Origin: Lama glama
Taxonomy: Eukaryota
Assembly: GCA_028534125.1 (NCBI GenBank)
Contig: CM052818.1
Span: 39,248,001 to 39,312,000, forward strand
Length of the DNA: 64,000 nucleotides
Direction: 5' to 3'
The translations under genes and the position numbers were made by a program. Positions within the stretch are counted from its first letter, which is position 1. Every line of letters begins with the position of its first letter. The notes under the pieces were generated by a model that saw only the letters and a program-made list of their open reading frames with translations, was not told the origin of the DNA and made no database searches. This document shows, piece after piece, positions 13,620 to 27,112 of the stretch.

Positions 13620-14530
13620 TAAACAGTTAATTATCTTTTAAAGAGAAAAACTGAAAAACCTACATGTACATCCATTTAGATTCTGTTTCTGGTACTCTTT
13701 TTTCTTTTTGTGGCTCCACATTTCCATCTATCATTCTTTGGCTCCCAGAGGACATGTTTTAACATTTTTTTCCAGTGTGGTTCTGCTGCTGCTGAATTCT
13801 TTTGGTTTTTGTGTGCCTGAAATGTCTTTTATTTACTTTTGTTTTCAAAAGATATTTTCCCAGGGTATGGAATCCTAGGTTGTCAGGGTTTTTTTTTTCG
13901 TTTGTACTTTTAAGATGTTGCTGCACTGTCTTTTTGCACACACTGTTTCCATTGAGAAATTTGTTGCCTTCTTTAACTTTGTTCTTCTGTGTGGAAATTC
14001 TTTTTTTAAATTATAGTATAATTTACTATGTATATTTTTCATTACAGTTTATTACAAGATATTGAATATAGTCAGACTTTTAGACTTTCCAATTCTAACT
14101 ATTCTAGGGAGAAAAATAATAATTCACAACAATTCACAAAAGGAGATTCATTGAAGCACTGTTTATAATTTAAAAACAAGTATAAACCAAATGTCCCACG
14201 ATAAGAATTGGTTAAGTAAGTGGAATATACAATGGAATACAGTATAGCCCTTAAAAGTGATGTATTAGGAAAAGAATTATAACAAAAAGTTGTTGACAAT
14301 TCATTAAGTACAGAATGCAAGGTATAAGACCACAATATACAGTGTGATCTCATTATAAATAAAAAATATGAACATATAAGCAGAGAAAAAGAGGTAACAC
14401 CACAGCATATCTTTGGGGTGGGTCGTATTATGGATGGTTTATTTTCTTATTTTTGCTTACTTAACATTTTCCAAATTCATAGTGACATTACTTTTACCAC
14501 AAGGAAAAAAAATCTTAATTTTAAAAATTA
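13620..14530. mobile_element. Cluster of degraded old L1 fragments in both orientations
   Basis: L1-like motifs such as CAAATGTCCCACGATAAGAATTGGTTAAGTAAGTGGAATATACAATGGAATACAGTATAGCC. Boundaries approximate. Confidence 0.6.
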
Positions 14531-14749
14531 AGATTATATATAATTTTAAAAAATACATATTTTTTAAAGATGACCTAGAAAAAAGCCTATGGGTTTCCAG
14601 ACTGTATAGAGTGTGGAAGGCAGAAAAGGAAAGGGCAAAGGAAACAGACACTGGGTGCAGAATCAGGCTTATACAGCAGCTGTGTGGTGGGCCCCCATCC
14701 AGGCCTGCAGCCGAGACCTCTAGAACCAAGACATTGCAGATTCCCTCAG

Positions 14750-14890
14750 CACAGCAGTTTCCTCCAGTGATTGTTAAATGCAGATTCCTGGGCCCAGTCC
14801 CAAAGCATCTGAATCAGAATATCTGGGATGGGGCCCAGATCTCTACATTTAAGACCCTCCTGGCAGATTCTTGTGCAAGCACTAGGGCAT
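14750..14890. mobile_element. MER5-like hAT-Charlie relic
   Basis: AAATGCAGATTCCTGGGCCC...TGAATCAGAATATCTGGGATGGGGCCCAG core typical of MER5A. Confidence 0.65.
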
Positions 14891-17800
14891 GTGTACAATT
14901 AGGCCTGCTTCTCTAGGTTTCTGGCACAGAGTCGGAGAGGACTGAACCTGGGAGTTTCTGTAAGTTTCACAGCTGGACATTTTTGTCATAAATCAGTAAA
15001 ACTAGGATGTGAAGAAAATACCTCTTGGAGTCCAACTGACACCACAGCCTTGCATGTGTCCTGAGGGCTTGGCTCCTGGGAGTGACAACCTGTTGGATGA
15101 CACATTCAGTCACTTTCCAGCAGGCCTGAGCAGAGAGCTGGTGCACGTCTCCTACTCCTGGTATGTTAGGTGGCAAGAACACAGAGACCAATCCACTGAG
15201 GCTCTGTCCTTCAGAAGCTGAAAAGAAAGTGGTTAGATCAGCTAAAGCCAGGGGTCTCTTAACGAGAGACTGATCTGGACTCAGAGATGAAAAAGTTTTT
15301 ACTGAATCAAGAGAGGAAACCTCAGGGGGGTGCCCATCCATCATATTATGAAAAGGATGAATAAAGAAATTGTGCTAGATCCCAGTATGGTTTTTAGCTA
15401 TCTGCTATACCTCCTGTAAAAGGTTTATATACCCCCATTAACATCAGGCTTGCCCATGTGACTTGCTTGGGCTTGAAGTTCATTGACTTGGGGGTAACAC
15501 GTGAGTGAAATGAATGGAAGCAACTTCCTTGCAAAAATGTTAAGATCTGTCATCTGGTTCCACCATCTCTCGTTTCTTTCCTTTGCCGCAAGACCAGCAT
15601 ATTCCAGGTTGAGGCAGCTCCTTAAGTCTGGGTATCAGAATGAAGAAGATGTAGATACAGGAAAGACATAACAGAGCAAGAAGTAAATATTTGTTGCTAA
15701 AGGACCTTAAGACTTTGGAGTCATTATCAGAACATAGTCTAGCTAGACCTGAATGATAAGGAACCAGTCATTTAGAATTGTAAAAACAAACTAGCAGTAT
15801 GAAAGTGAATTTTTACAGAAAGCTATCCATAATATGTATTCCCTAGCCTAGCCAAATAGTTTTAATTTTTACACATGCCAATGTGCAAATGTGCTGAAAC
15901 AGACCATGACGCTTCATGTTGCTTCTTCCCCTGAATTTCTTCAGAGAGGGAGCCTGGGGTAGAGGAGGACCAACTCTCCCGCTAGAGGAGGCCAGAAGAA
16001 GGGCTGTCTGCGGGCCCATGCCCGGCACAGAGCCGTCTCTTGTCAGTGGAGTGAAACAGTGAAGCCATTTCCTCAGCACCATTCAACTCTCGGGAAAAAT
16101 AATGCCAGGTTATTTCTTTTCCTACAATCTTTCATACCTGTTGACTATCCTGCCAAGGGAGGGCTAAATATCAGCCCTGTTCTATGATCCTTCATTTCCT
16201 GAAGTCCTAGTCCCACGATAAATATTTAACCTGCACGCGGTGAGGGAGAATTGATAGGAATTCAGCAGTGAACAACGCAGCCATCAATTCTGCCCTCCCA
16301 GAGCCTGCAATCCAGTGGGGTATAGAAATAAATCAATTCAATATCTGTCAAATAATTACAAACGGAGTAAGTCCCACAAAAGAAACAGTATGCTGTCATG
16401 GGTTGGAAAGACAGAGACAGTAGGAAAGAATTTACTTGAAACAGTTTTTCAAACTGCTGACTATGAAACAGTGAATCATGAACTCTAGACGTTCACAATC
16501 AGATCTTTTCAAAAAAATAACAGAATGGAATGGAGGTGAATAAAACAGAAAGCATTAGAGTGGGTTACATGTGGTAAGGTTAAATGCTCTTTCAGGAAAG
16601 TGCCATTTCTGTTGTATTTATGTAGCTCCTGGTTCACAATAAAGAACGTGGTTGCTACAGTGGATAGTGGTAAAAATAAGTTTGAAAAAACTAAGATATG
16701 GCTTCAGGGAAGAGTGCTCTGAAGAAGGAAGACATTACATTGATGGCTAATGAATTGGTTGACTTTTTTTTTATTAAGTAGTGAAATTTAATATTCATGC
16801 TTATATATGTACCGTGAAACAATAAAAATTAATGCCAATTTTTACTAAAGGAAGCAAAATTGCTGTGAATTGCTCTTTTCAAATATTTATTCTATTGTTT
16901 TCAATAGAAATAGATCTTGAGTTCTCAACGTTAATTAATAGCAGTAGGTCATTTACAGAGCTCTGCAGAATTACTGGCAATGATACAAACATGCAGCCTA
17001 TGTTTCAAAAACAGTCCTCTTTTCCAGAGCAGCCAACATTGCCTGCAGCCTCGTCCTATTCCCAAACAACTCTCATGTAGTTAGGAAACTGGTATCCAAA
17101 ATTACACAGACATAAAAAATTATACAGACATTAGAACATGAAGTTTAGACTTAATTACCACAATTTCTGTTTATTCTCAAAGATTTAATAAAATCATGAC
17201 CACTTCATTAGTACCATCTTAACCCCTCTGGCAATTAAAAAACAAAGGCAGCAACACATCTCTAAGTCTTTGCACACGTTCATTTCTGCACATTTTGCAC
17301 CTGTTATTCAGGTGGATTTTAGTAGCGGAGAAACTATACAGCTTTTACTGTACTATCCTATACTCTACAGAAACACTTCCATTTTGGGCTGGAGGTGTTT
17401 TGGGGGAAGAAAAAAAAGATTATATTTGTTGTCCAAGGACTTGGTCTTGCCTATTCTTTACCAGATTTAAGAAGCTTTGGGACATTTTTTGGGCAATATT
17501 TTTTCCAATGCATCCACAGAATCTAAGACATTTTCACCTGGTTCAGAAGTAGCTCTTTTGAACTCTCAGCCTCTGGGTCTAAAGTTAGAAACATATATCT
17601 CTTCCAATACAACATTCAGATAGTACGTATATGTTAGTATTTTAAAATACTTATACATACAAGTATGTGGATATTCAAGATATTGGTAACAGTGGGGCCA
17701 CCACAGTGGGGGTGGGGATAGAGATAGTTCATTTTCACTGAGTATCTGTGGCAGATACCATAGGTTAGCTCTTAACACACATTCCAATCCAGTTTTTCCT

Positions 17801-18294
17801 TTGCCTTCCTCTCTGTAGACCTAAGAAGCTGAAAACTTACCTTCAAAGACTCCCTGCCACCAGGCGGGGCTGTATGATGTATTTCTAGCCAATGAGATGC
17901 AGGAAGAAAATCTCTACATTTTGCCTTTGCCCTTGTGTCTTCCTTCTTCCTTTGGCCTTGAACGCTGACATAATACTTGGAGGTCAAGCAGCCTCGGGGA
18001 CAAAATTCACATACCAAGGGTGGAAGGAGAAGGCCGGCTCCTTGAGTAGCTCCCAAGACTTACACTATTGCTGGAATCCTAATTATATGAGAAAAAATAA
18101 CCCGACATGTTCACTCCTTTCTAACTCAGTAGCAATGCAAAGCTGAAAGTAATCTCAGCATTTGATAGTTTTTTTGTTTTTGTTTTTGTTTTGTTTTTGT
18201 TTTTCACTGTTTGCACCAAGTATATGCATTACCTATACGAAAAATAATTAAAAAATTAAAAGCAATGCAAAGTATACATAAATCTTTGTTACTT

Positions 18295-18425
18295 TTTTTC
18301 TTTTTTTAAAGTTTTTTTTTGGGGGGAGGGGTAATTATTTACTTACTTATTTTCAGAAGAGGTATTGGGGATTGAACCCAGGACCTCATATATGCGCTCT
18401 ACCACTTGAGCTATACCCTTCCCCC
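18295..18425 (-). mobile_element. tRNA-derived SINE (camelid vic-1-like), internally deleted
   Basis: Reverse complement reads GGGAAGGGTATAGCTCAAGTGGTAGAGCGC...GAGGTCCTGGGTTCAATCCCCAATACC, giving Pol III A and B boxes plus an A-rich tail. Confidence 0.85.
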
Positions 18426-20679
18426 TCATTTTTTGTCCTTAATAGTTGAAGAAATTTGTATGGACTCCTCACTACCTAAATATTTAAGTTATCTAAAAGT
18501 TATTCTAGTCTTTTCCTGAACATGGCTCAACCTAGGCCAGTAGCCAGTAAGTTAGTGACATACCAGAAGCCCCTGAGGCCACCTGGATCTCTTTGCCAGA
18601 AGAGCTGCCTTTGTATTTGTTTTTAGAATTACTGGACCACAGATGTAAGACTGTGAACTCATGGAAAGAATTCTGGAGACACCAATTTATCAGACAATTT
18701 TCATTTCATCCAAGATGGTATAACATGCCTAGATGTGCATCTGAAATCATCTAAGTTACTGGCAACTAATGTGTCCTGTCATTCACCAAGGAGCTAAGAG
18801 ATTCTTGATTTATTTTGAGCTCTTTGATAAAATAATGCTCCCTCGTGGTACTTAAAGGTAAAAATTATAAGATAAAGTTAACAGTCGCAAACAGAACTCA
18901 CTCCAGCTAGAAGAAGCAGAAAAAGGATATATGAAGGGTATTATCAGTCCCATTACTAGTCCAAAATGCATATGAAAAGCCATCCATTCCTCAAGATACC
19001 TCACGGCCACTTATTGAAAAGGAATGCCATCTGTTATAATAAATATGTGGTGACTATGCGTATGAATAGTGCACTATATGCAGCCCTGGATATCAAGTGA
19101 CTTACATAATTCCTGAAAGAGGGTGATAATCAAGGCTGGAAGCCACACAGTCGTGAAACACTCCCAGTTACATTGCAGGTCAGCTCTAGGGGACACCTAG
19201 AGCCACTACTGATGGGCACAGACAGCCTAGCTCACCCTGCTTTCCCTGGGCACTGTATCCAGCTCTTCCCTCTCCATAGCTGCTTTGAAAGCTAGCTGTC
19301 TTCCCATCCTCGTCAGAATGAAGACAACAAAGTGCTTGCTTCTCACCACTAGATGCTGAAACAAAAAGGCGAATTCATCTTATCAATGAAGTCTGGGTCA
19401 TTTGCATATATGCTAGCTGCAAGAGATGCTGGGAATCAAGTTGCTGGCTTCTACTCAGGGAGGTGCTGACTCATAAAGTTGGAATTTGAAAATTGAGTAA
19501 GGGTGTTCAAAGGCTTTGAGGATCATCCAAAGAGCATGACGATGAACAAATGACATATGTCCATGAGAGCTGGCAGACATTGTGTTGGACAAGAACTTCT
19601 TACCTTGGTGTTGCTTCTTTCAGTCTTCTTAGTGTCCCTTTCCCATTATAACATTCTAGCTTCTAAGATCCTCTGAAATAGGTGAATTCTCACTGGGAGT
19701 TGAGAGACATTTCCCCTCCTTACGACTCTCACTTTGCTAACACTGATGGAGTTGTATCGATTCTGTGAGGTTTAATGGGATGAGAAATTGTTTGAGAACC
19801 ACTGCTCTGCGGTGATGAGAGTGGAGTGGGTGTAGTGGGGTGGGGAGAGAAGATGAAGGATGGGAGGTGGGACGACCAGGTGCCAAGGCCACAAGGTGGG
19901 AACAACCTTGTCCTGCAGGACCGAGGAAGGCTAGTGTGGTTGATGTATGGAGGGCAGAGTAAGTTCCAGGTGTGGTCAGTGAGGTAGACCAGGTGGCCAT
20001 GAAAAGGAGTTCGGATTTTACTGGAAGTGAAGTTGCAAGGTTTAATAAGAGAAGTGATTTTAAGGTTACTATATGGAGTGTAGATTTCAAAAGTCAATCG
20101 TCTGAAAGCAAGAAGACCAGACAGGATCTGTTGGAGCTCGTGTTTGTTGTCATATTTTACCATCCAGCTCAGAGGTGACCCCTCTTTTAGAAGGCTTCCT
20201 GGTTTTCTCAGGCAAAGCCAGTTTCTCCTTGAATTCAGCATGGTCCCTTAGACAAGTACACTATTGATGCTTCTTTCTCTCCCGGTAGACTGAGTTCCTG
20301 GAGGGTCCCCTGGTTGGCCTCCAGCCCTGTGCTGCCACAATCCCTCTTCTGGAGAGGAAGTGGGAAAAAGGGAGAGCCTTTGAAGCCTGTCCGTACAGGC
20401 TGTCCTTCCAGCTAACGGGGGCTCTCTGGGGAATGTATGTTTGACTTTCTATTCCCGGTAATATAAGTTCAAATGTTTACGGATGTTTGAACCTGGGATG
20501 AAAGCATTTCTAGTCATGCTGCTAGAGTCTGTGAGGCTTTTCTTTTCTTTCTTTCTTTTTTTTTAACTTGGGTTACTTGGCTGGGGAAAGGAATGTAGTG
20601 TGGGGATCAGAGTTAATCCTTGAGGCAGGTAAACCTGGATGGAGCTGGACGGCAGAGTCCCAGCCTCCTAAACTGGGAG

Positions 20680-21500
20680 CCTGGGACGCCGGCCAGAGGC
20701 GCCTGGAGGTCAGGAGGGTGAGTGGAGGGTCGGGCAGTCCCCGGGTGTACAGGCGAGGCAGAAGTTTCTAGAGAGACAGAGCCGGGCCAGAAGGCACCGG
20801 GCCGAGCCCACCCAGACAGGGACGGGCGGGGCAGCGGGCCGGGGTCAGATACCGCGCCGCTGGCCAGCTTGTCCCAGACATTCCGCGTCCGCCGCGGCGG
20901 GAATGCGCGGACCAGGTTGCCCGCTGCCCCTGGGCGGGTTCGCGGGGCGGGGCGTACGCCCGAGGGGCGTGGCCCAAGGCCACGGGGAGGGGCTCAGGGC
21001 CGCGGGACCTTTAAATCAGCCGCCCTCGCGCCGGGCACCCGCCTGCGACTGACCCAGCCAGAGAGTGAGCCACGACCCGCCGACAGACACGGGCAAAAGC
21101 ACCGAGCCAGTCATGCCGCGCCACCTCCCGGGACTGCTCCTGCTGCTCTGGCCTCTGCTGCTGCTGCCGCCCCCCGCCGCCCCCGGCCCCCAGGCCCGAC
21201 CGGGCTTCCGGAGGTTGGGGACTCGCGGCCCAGGGGGCAGCCCTGGACGCCGTCCCGCTCTGGCTGCCCCCACCGGCGCGCCGTATGCGGGGGTCGGCCA
21301 GCCTGGCGGGGCCCGCGGCGCAGGTATGGCCTGGGCGAGGGCGGGAGAGGGGCCAGGCCGAGAGGGACGCCCAGAGGGCCCCAGGGAGGGAGCCCTGGCA
21401 GGAGGGCGGGAGGGAGATCCAGGGCCGGTGCCAGCAGGGTGGATGGGTGGGCAGGCGAATCCAGCGTCGAATGAGGAGGAAAAGCCTCCGTCATCCGACA
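20680..21500 (+). promoter_or_regulatory. MATN3: MATN3 CpG-island promoter with GC boxes and TATA-like TTTAAA (21010-21015)
   Basis: High GC and CpG density, GGGCGG boxes, and TTTAAA about 100 bp upstream of the ATG. Confidence 0.85.
21113..21323 (+). CDS. MATN3: Matrilin-3 exon 1 (signal peptide and basic N-terminal segment)
   Basis: ATG at 21113. Encodes [48 protein letters not shown]...GARGA. Donor CAG|gtatg, phase 1. Confidence 0.95.
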
Positions 21501-22876
21501 GGTGTTTTTTTCCATCCCAGTCTGCGCCAGACCACGGTGCAGGAGAATGATCTCCTTCCCAACGAACTCTGGAAAACAGGTCCAGAGAAGGGAAGGGAGA
21601 TGCCCAAGGGCACTCATAGCCAGGGCTAGACTTTGAATTCCAGAAGCTCTAGCAACTGCCCCCTGAGATTTGGGCAGGGAGGATGGGGTAACTGGGAACA
21701 CAGGGTACCTCCCAGCTCTCTGCCCATTCCCACCTTTGGTTCAGTTCAATAAACCCTTCCTGAGATTCTGCTTTTAGTTCTCTGATTGACTGGGTCCCAG
21801 CCCCAACCTGTACTCTCTTACATTCTCAAACACTCGAGACACTTTGGGTCTTTGGCGAACAATTTCATTTCTCTTTTGGATCAGTAGTTGGTTCCTGTGG
21901 CAGAGCAAAGCTCCTAGAGCAGCAGAGCTGGAAGATCATCTGACCGAATCCCTAACAGTACATGTAGGGAAACTGAGGATTGTCAAACCAAGGGGACTCA
22001 GCAAATCAGTCTCAGAGCCTGGGGTAAAACACAGAGCTCAGGTATTCCAAGCATGGGTCTTTCTACTGCTCCAAGCTACCAAGCTCTTAATATGGTTTAT
22101 ATGAGAGTTTATCTTCGTTACCAAAAAGTCCAGCTTCAGACTTGTTAAAGAGAGGCTGCACCAAACCATTTTCTGGATGTTCAGTCTCATCTGGCCAGTT
22201 TCATCTGCCTCAGCCTGATTTGTGTTGTTTACCCCTCCTGCACCTTTCTGGATAATGTTGATGGAAAGCACAAGGGATTCTTCCCTGCACCAGCTCCACT
22301 GGGCTGGATTTGAAATGGTGAGAGCATTGTCATTGAGACAGGCTGTGCCAGGGTTTACAATGGTTAAATTCAGCTGGTAGCTAGTTGGTTGCTCCAGGCC
22401 AGGCAGGAATGGGGGTAGGGGAGAAACCTATCTCCCAGAAGTAAATATTACCTCTGGTCCTGATCCACTTCCCTTGGGGATGGAACTGGGAGAGAGAGGA
22501 AGGATTCTGCATTGGGTGGTCATATTTCCCCTAAGCAGCACTTGTCCTTCAATACCTGGGATCCAACTCAATATTGAATGATAATTCTTTAACAAACACC
22601 ACATTCCACTCTTTTCCAAATTCCCTCCTTTTTACATCCAGAAATTGCTAAGCTTTGTTATGGGCTTTTATTTCTAGTGGAATTATCAGAAATTGACAAT
22701 TATTGTGAATAAGGGAACATGTTAGGAAATTCAGATTCTCCATTTTCTTGGTTTCTGAGAATCAAAGTGCTGTTAACTAATAAAGAGGAATGAGATTCAA
22801 AAACAGTGAGGAGAGGGTCCAAATCAGGAAGTAAGCAGATACTCAAAGAATGTCCTGCCATCCGAGTCAGGCCCCC

Positions 22877-23374
22877 TGTATTTTCTATTCCTGCGGTAAT
22901 AAATTACCACAAACTTAATGGCTTAATACAACACACATTTATTATCTAGGAATTCTGTAGATCAGAACTCTGACACTAGTCTCACTGGACTAAAATTAAG
23001 GTGTCAGCAGGGCTGCGTTCCTTTTGGAAAGATCTTAGGGGAGAATCCGTTTCTTTGCCTTTTACAGTTTGCAGAGGCTGCTCTCATTCCTTGGCTCATG
23101 GCTTTTCCCCTCCGTTTTCAAAGCCACCAAAGGCAGGGTGAGTCCTTCTCACGTGCCATCTCTCGGATTTCCTCTTCTGCCTCTCTCTGCCGCTTTTATG
23201 GGCTTCTATAGTTACACTGGACCCACCAGAATAATCCAGAATAGCCTCCTCATCGCAAGTCTTTAATCACACCTGCAACATCCCCTTTACTATATAAATT
23301 AACATATTTACAGGTTCTGGGGATTAGGATATGGACATATTCATGAGGTGGGGGGGATTATTCTGCCCACCTCA
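22877..23374 (-). mobile_element. MLT1-family (ERVL-MaLR) solo LTR
   Basis: TG...CA termini with 5-bp flanks ccccc/ccctc. Contains AAATTACCACAAACTTAATGGCTTAA and GGGATTAGGATATGGACATA motifs typical of MLT1. Confidence 0.8.
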
Positions 23375-25371
23375 CCCTCTGTAACCTCCCATAGATGATT
23401 CCATGTGAAAAACCAAGTGGAGAAGGAAGGAATCCTACATGTTTACTTATAAGAACATAACCTAGATTTTAGTAAGGGCATCAGCTGGGTGTTAGTGACA
23501 GCAGTGTTAGATACATAGTTTTCATTTTACTCCAGTTATGCAAAAACATCCAGATCCATCCTCTGGAAAGATTTTCTTCTTCTTTGCTCTTGATGCATAG
23601 CAATCAGGGATGAAGTGAAATTCTGGAGTTGTTAAAAAAATAAAAAAGAAAGAATTAATTCTTTTTGACTTAGCTAAATACATGACATACAGCATATTTC
23701 AGGCTGGTGGCTCAAAGTCAACATGCAGGATGTTGACTAGGTACATGGGATAATGTTGATTTCTGTGGTGGAAAATGTTGCCTCAGAGAGAGGCAACCAT
23801 GCAGTGAAAAGTCCCTTTGGGATAGGAGTTAGGAAACTTGGAGTCCAATCCATGTTCTACAGCTTTCAAGCTCTTATACCTCCTTGAGACTCAGGTTTCT
23901 CACCTGTAAAATGGGTATAAGAACAACCTCTGCATCTCTGACATCATAGGGTTGTGGTGTTGGAATCCTGTGATCATCAAAATGTTATTGAAAGTAGAAT
24001 ATTATTTATTTTTCTAATTAATACATCTAGGAATCAGGATAAAACCAAGAGGATAGTTTTCAGTTTTTAAAAGAAATCTATGTAGATGCATAGATTCCTG
24101 TTCCAGATAGGGCTTTTTCTGTCATCAACTGCTTAGCCTAGGAATTTATTTTGAACAAATAAATACCTATTTCTTTTCCCCCTACACACGAAGTAAATTG
24201 CCTTCTTAGAGTAGCATCAATTTTCAGCCCCCTATTAGGAAAGAAAAGACCCTAATGACACGTCATGCTCAGGTATCTCGTTTCCATTTAGGGCTTGGTG
24301 TATATGATGTGTGTGTGCGTGTGTGTGTGGGTATGTGCTGAAACAGAAGGAGGAATGACCTGAAAAAGGCTTCTCTCAGTCTGGCCAGACTTTTGGACTT
24401 GATTTTGGTGGCTAGGAGGGAGAGGAGAGTAGAATGAGATTGTCAGGGGGGAATGAATAAGGTGAGATGAAAACCGAAATGTACTATGTAGCTACAACGT
24501 GCCAGGTCCTTTTGTGTGGGAAAGATACAAGTTCCTTGAGGGCAGAGAATGTGGCTGACTTGCTTTAGTAGCCCTTTGGCTTAATACCTGGTAAGCTTTC
24601 AAGAAAAAAAATTTGGTAAATGAAAAATGAAAGCGGTCACTAAGAGAGTTTGGTGGGGGCAGTAGGATAGAGACCAAGTCAAAATCTCTGCTTCTTAAAA
24701 CAAGACATGCTCACAAAGATGCAAATGCAATACACATGGACCAGATTAAGTTCCACTTAATCTGTTTCTTTCCACTTTCAAGCTATAGCTCAGGGCTAGC
24801 TGGGCCCCAAAGTTTACTAAACAGGAGTGAATGACCAGTTGGAGGGAGAATTTAGGGCCACTCTGGAGTAGTCTTCACCACCTTGGGAGTGGAGTAAAAA
24901 AATGAAGCCACCAGGAGAACACGTGTGCCTCAACTCAAACTGCTGTTGCTTGAGGGGTCTGTGAGGCCTGGGCAGGGGAGTGAGCCATGAGGCTGCCCTG
25001 AGTTCACCTGTCACACGGTTCAGGGACACTGTCCCGTTGACTCAGGTGCACAAAGTGCCCAAGAAAGGTCTGGAATCCATTTATTCCTGAGAGTCAAGAG
25101 GAAACTTTGAGCAAAACTTTACGCAGAGGGATGAGACTCCAAGTGAAATTTCAGGACTCAGCCAGTCTATAGAAGAGATATTTAGGGAAAGTCACACCTT
25201 TTTATGTGAACTCTCACTAGTGAGTTCTGAAAGCCTCAGTGCTTTCAACATCCAAATGGAGGGTGGTCTTGGGCAAGTTAGCAGACAGGGGTAATATGGG
25301 GTCAGAGGATGCTGTGTTGCCTGGTCTCCAATCCCAGAGCTCTCCAGGTGGGAGAACTGCCGGGTTTCTGA

Positions 25372-26091
<720 letters not shown>

Positions 26092-26973
26092 TAAGGAAAA
26101 CTTTTATAAATAATGCTTTTTTGTGCTTTTTTTTTTAACGAACTTAAACACACTTTGTTGGTTTAGGAATATAGAGCTGCCTTATATATATAACTTGGTT
26201 TGCTCATAAAATCTTCATGTTTGCATTAGAAATGTGAAGTTCTGGAAATATCCAGGATAAATGATCCTGCTGTTCCCTGACAGGGTCAGAAAAAAAATAA
26301 AAATAAAAAACTCAAGACATCTCTTTTCTCCCTTCTGCCCACCACAGTTTTTCCAGATATTTTCTTTAGTTTTACCATCTCTAGGTTTAACAGAACCCTG
26401 TTTGTTTTCCTGCAGAAGACGGGGAAGTGTGTCTGTCCACAGAAGAATCAGCTGGCTTATATTCCAGAGTAACTGTCGGAGTGCACACTAGGGAACACTC
26501 TAGTGTTCATATTGGCTCTTTCTCAGATTATTCCTTGTGGATGGGCAGGATTAGGGACCAGGGAGACTGGGATTTATCTCACTTGTGAGCTAGCAAGAAG
26601 CAGGGTATATTTTGTTTTTGTTTTTTTTGTTTTTTGATCGTTCTGTTACTGTCTCCCTTTCTTCCTTTAGGATGGAGTTTAAATATGAACATGCTGATTT
26701 AATTAGAATTTTTAGCATGAATCAGCCAAATCCATGAATATGAATCCATTCAAAGCTGATGTTTACTTTTAGTCACTGATCAGAATTGTGAATTTGTGGG
26801 ACTGAAATTTTTAATTTTAATTTTAATTTTAATTTTATTTTTGTTTTCATCTTAAAATTTCTATTTTTCTCTGTATTCATGCTTTTTTTTTATCATTTGG
26901 AGATAATCTTTCAAAGCCCCCTATGGAATTATCCAGGCAGGTGTGGACAGATTTCTAGTTCAGGTGAATTTTA

Positions 26974-27112
26974 GCAGTGTTATTATTTTTTTTTTAGAGG
27001 AGGGATATATTTAGTTTATTTATTTTTAGAGAAGGTACTGGGGATTGAACCCAGGACCTCCTGCATACTAAGCATGCACTTTACCACTTGAGCTATACCC
27101 CGGCCCTGCCCT
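26974..27112 (-). mobile_element. tRNA-derived SINE (vic-1-like) with target-site duplication
   Basis: GGTACTGGGGATTGAACCCAGGACCTC...ACCACTTGAGCTATACCC. 16-bp direct repeat GTTCAGGTGAATTTTA at 26958-26973 and 27113-27128. Confidence 0.9.

Noticed and set aside
14413..20241. Intergenic ORFs of 90-170 aa (e.g. 14413-14916, 14967-15344, 19729-20241)
   Set aside because: No recognisable protein similarity or splice structure. Several overlap repeat relics or start at non-ATG codons.
21065..21112. In-frame GTG upstream of the MATN3 ATG
   Set aside because: Non-ATG start with no supporting evidence. The ATG at 21113 gives the normal signal peptide.
20722..21701. Overlapping GC-rich ORFs (250 aa on +, 196 aa on -)
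   Set aside because: Expected from stop-codon depletion in a CpG island. Only 21113-21323 matches MATN3.
22320..22710. SOX-like motifs (CATTGT, ACAATGG, ACAATTATTGT) in MATN3 intron 1
   Set aside because: Short motifs expected by chance, without canonical paired SOX9 spacing. An enhancer cannot be called without chromatin or conservation data.
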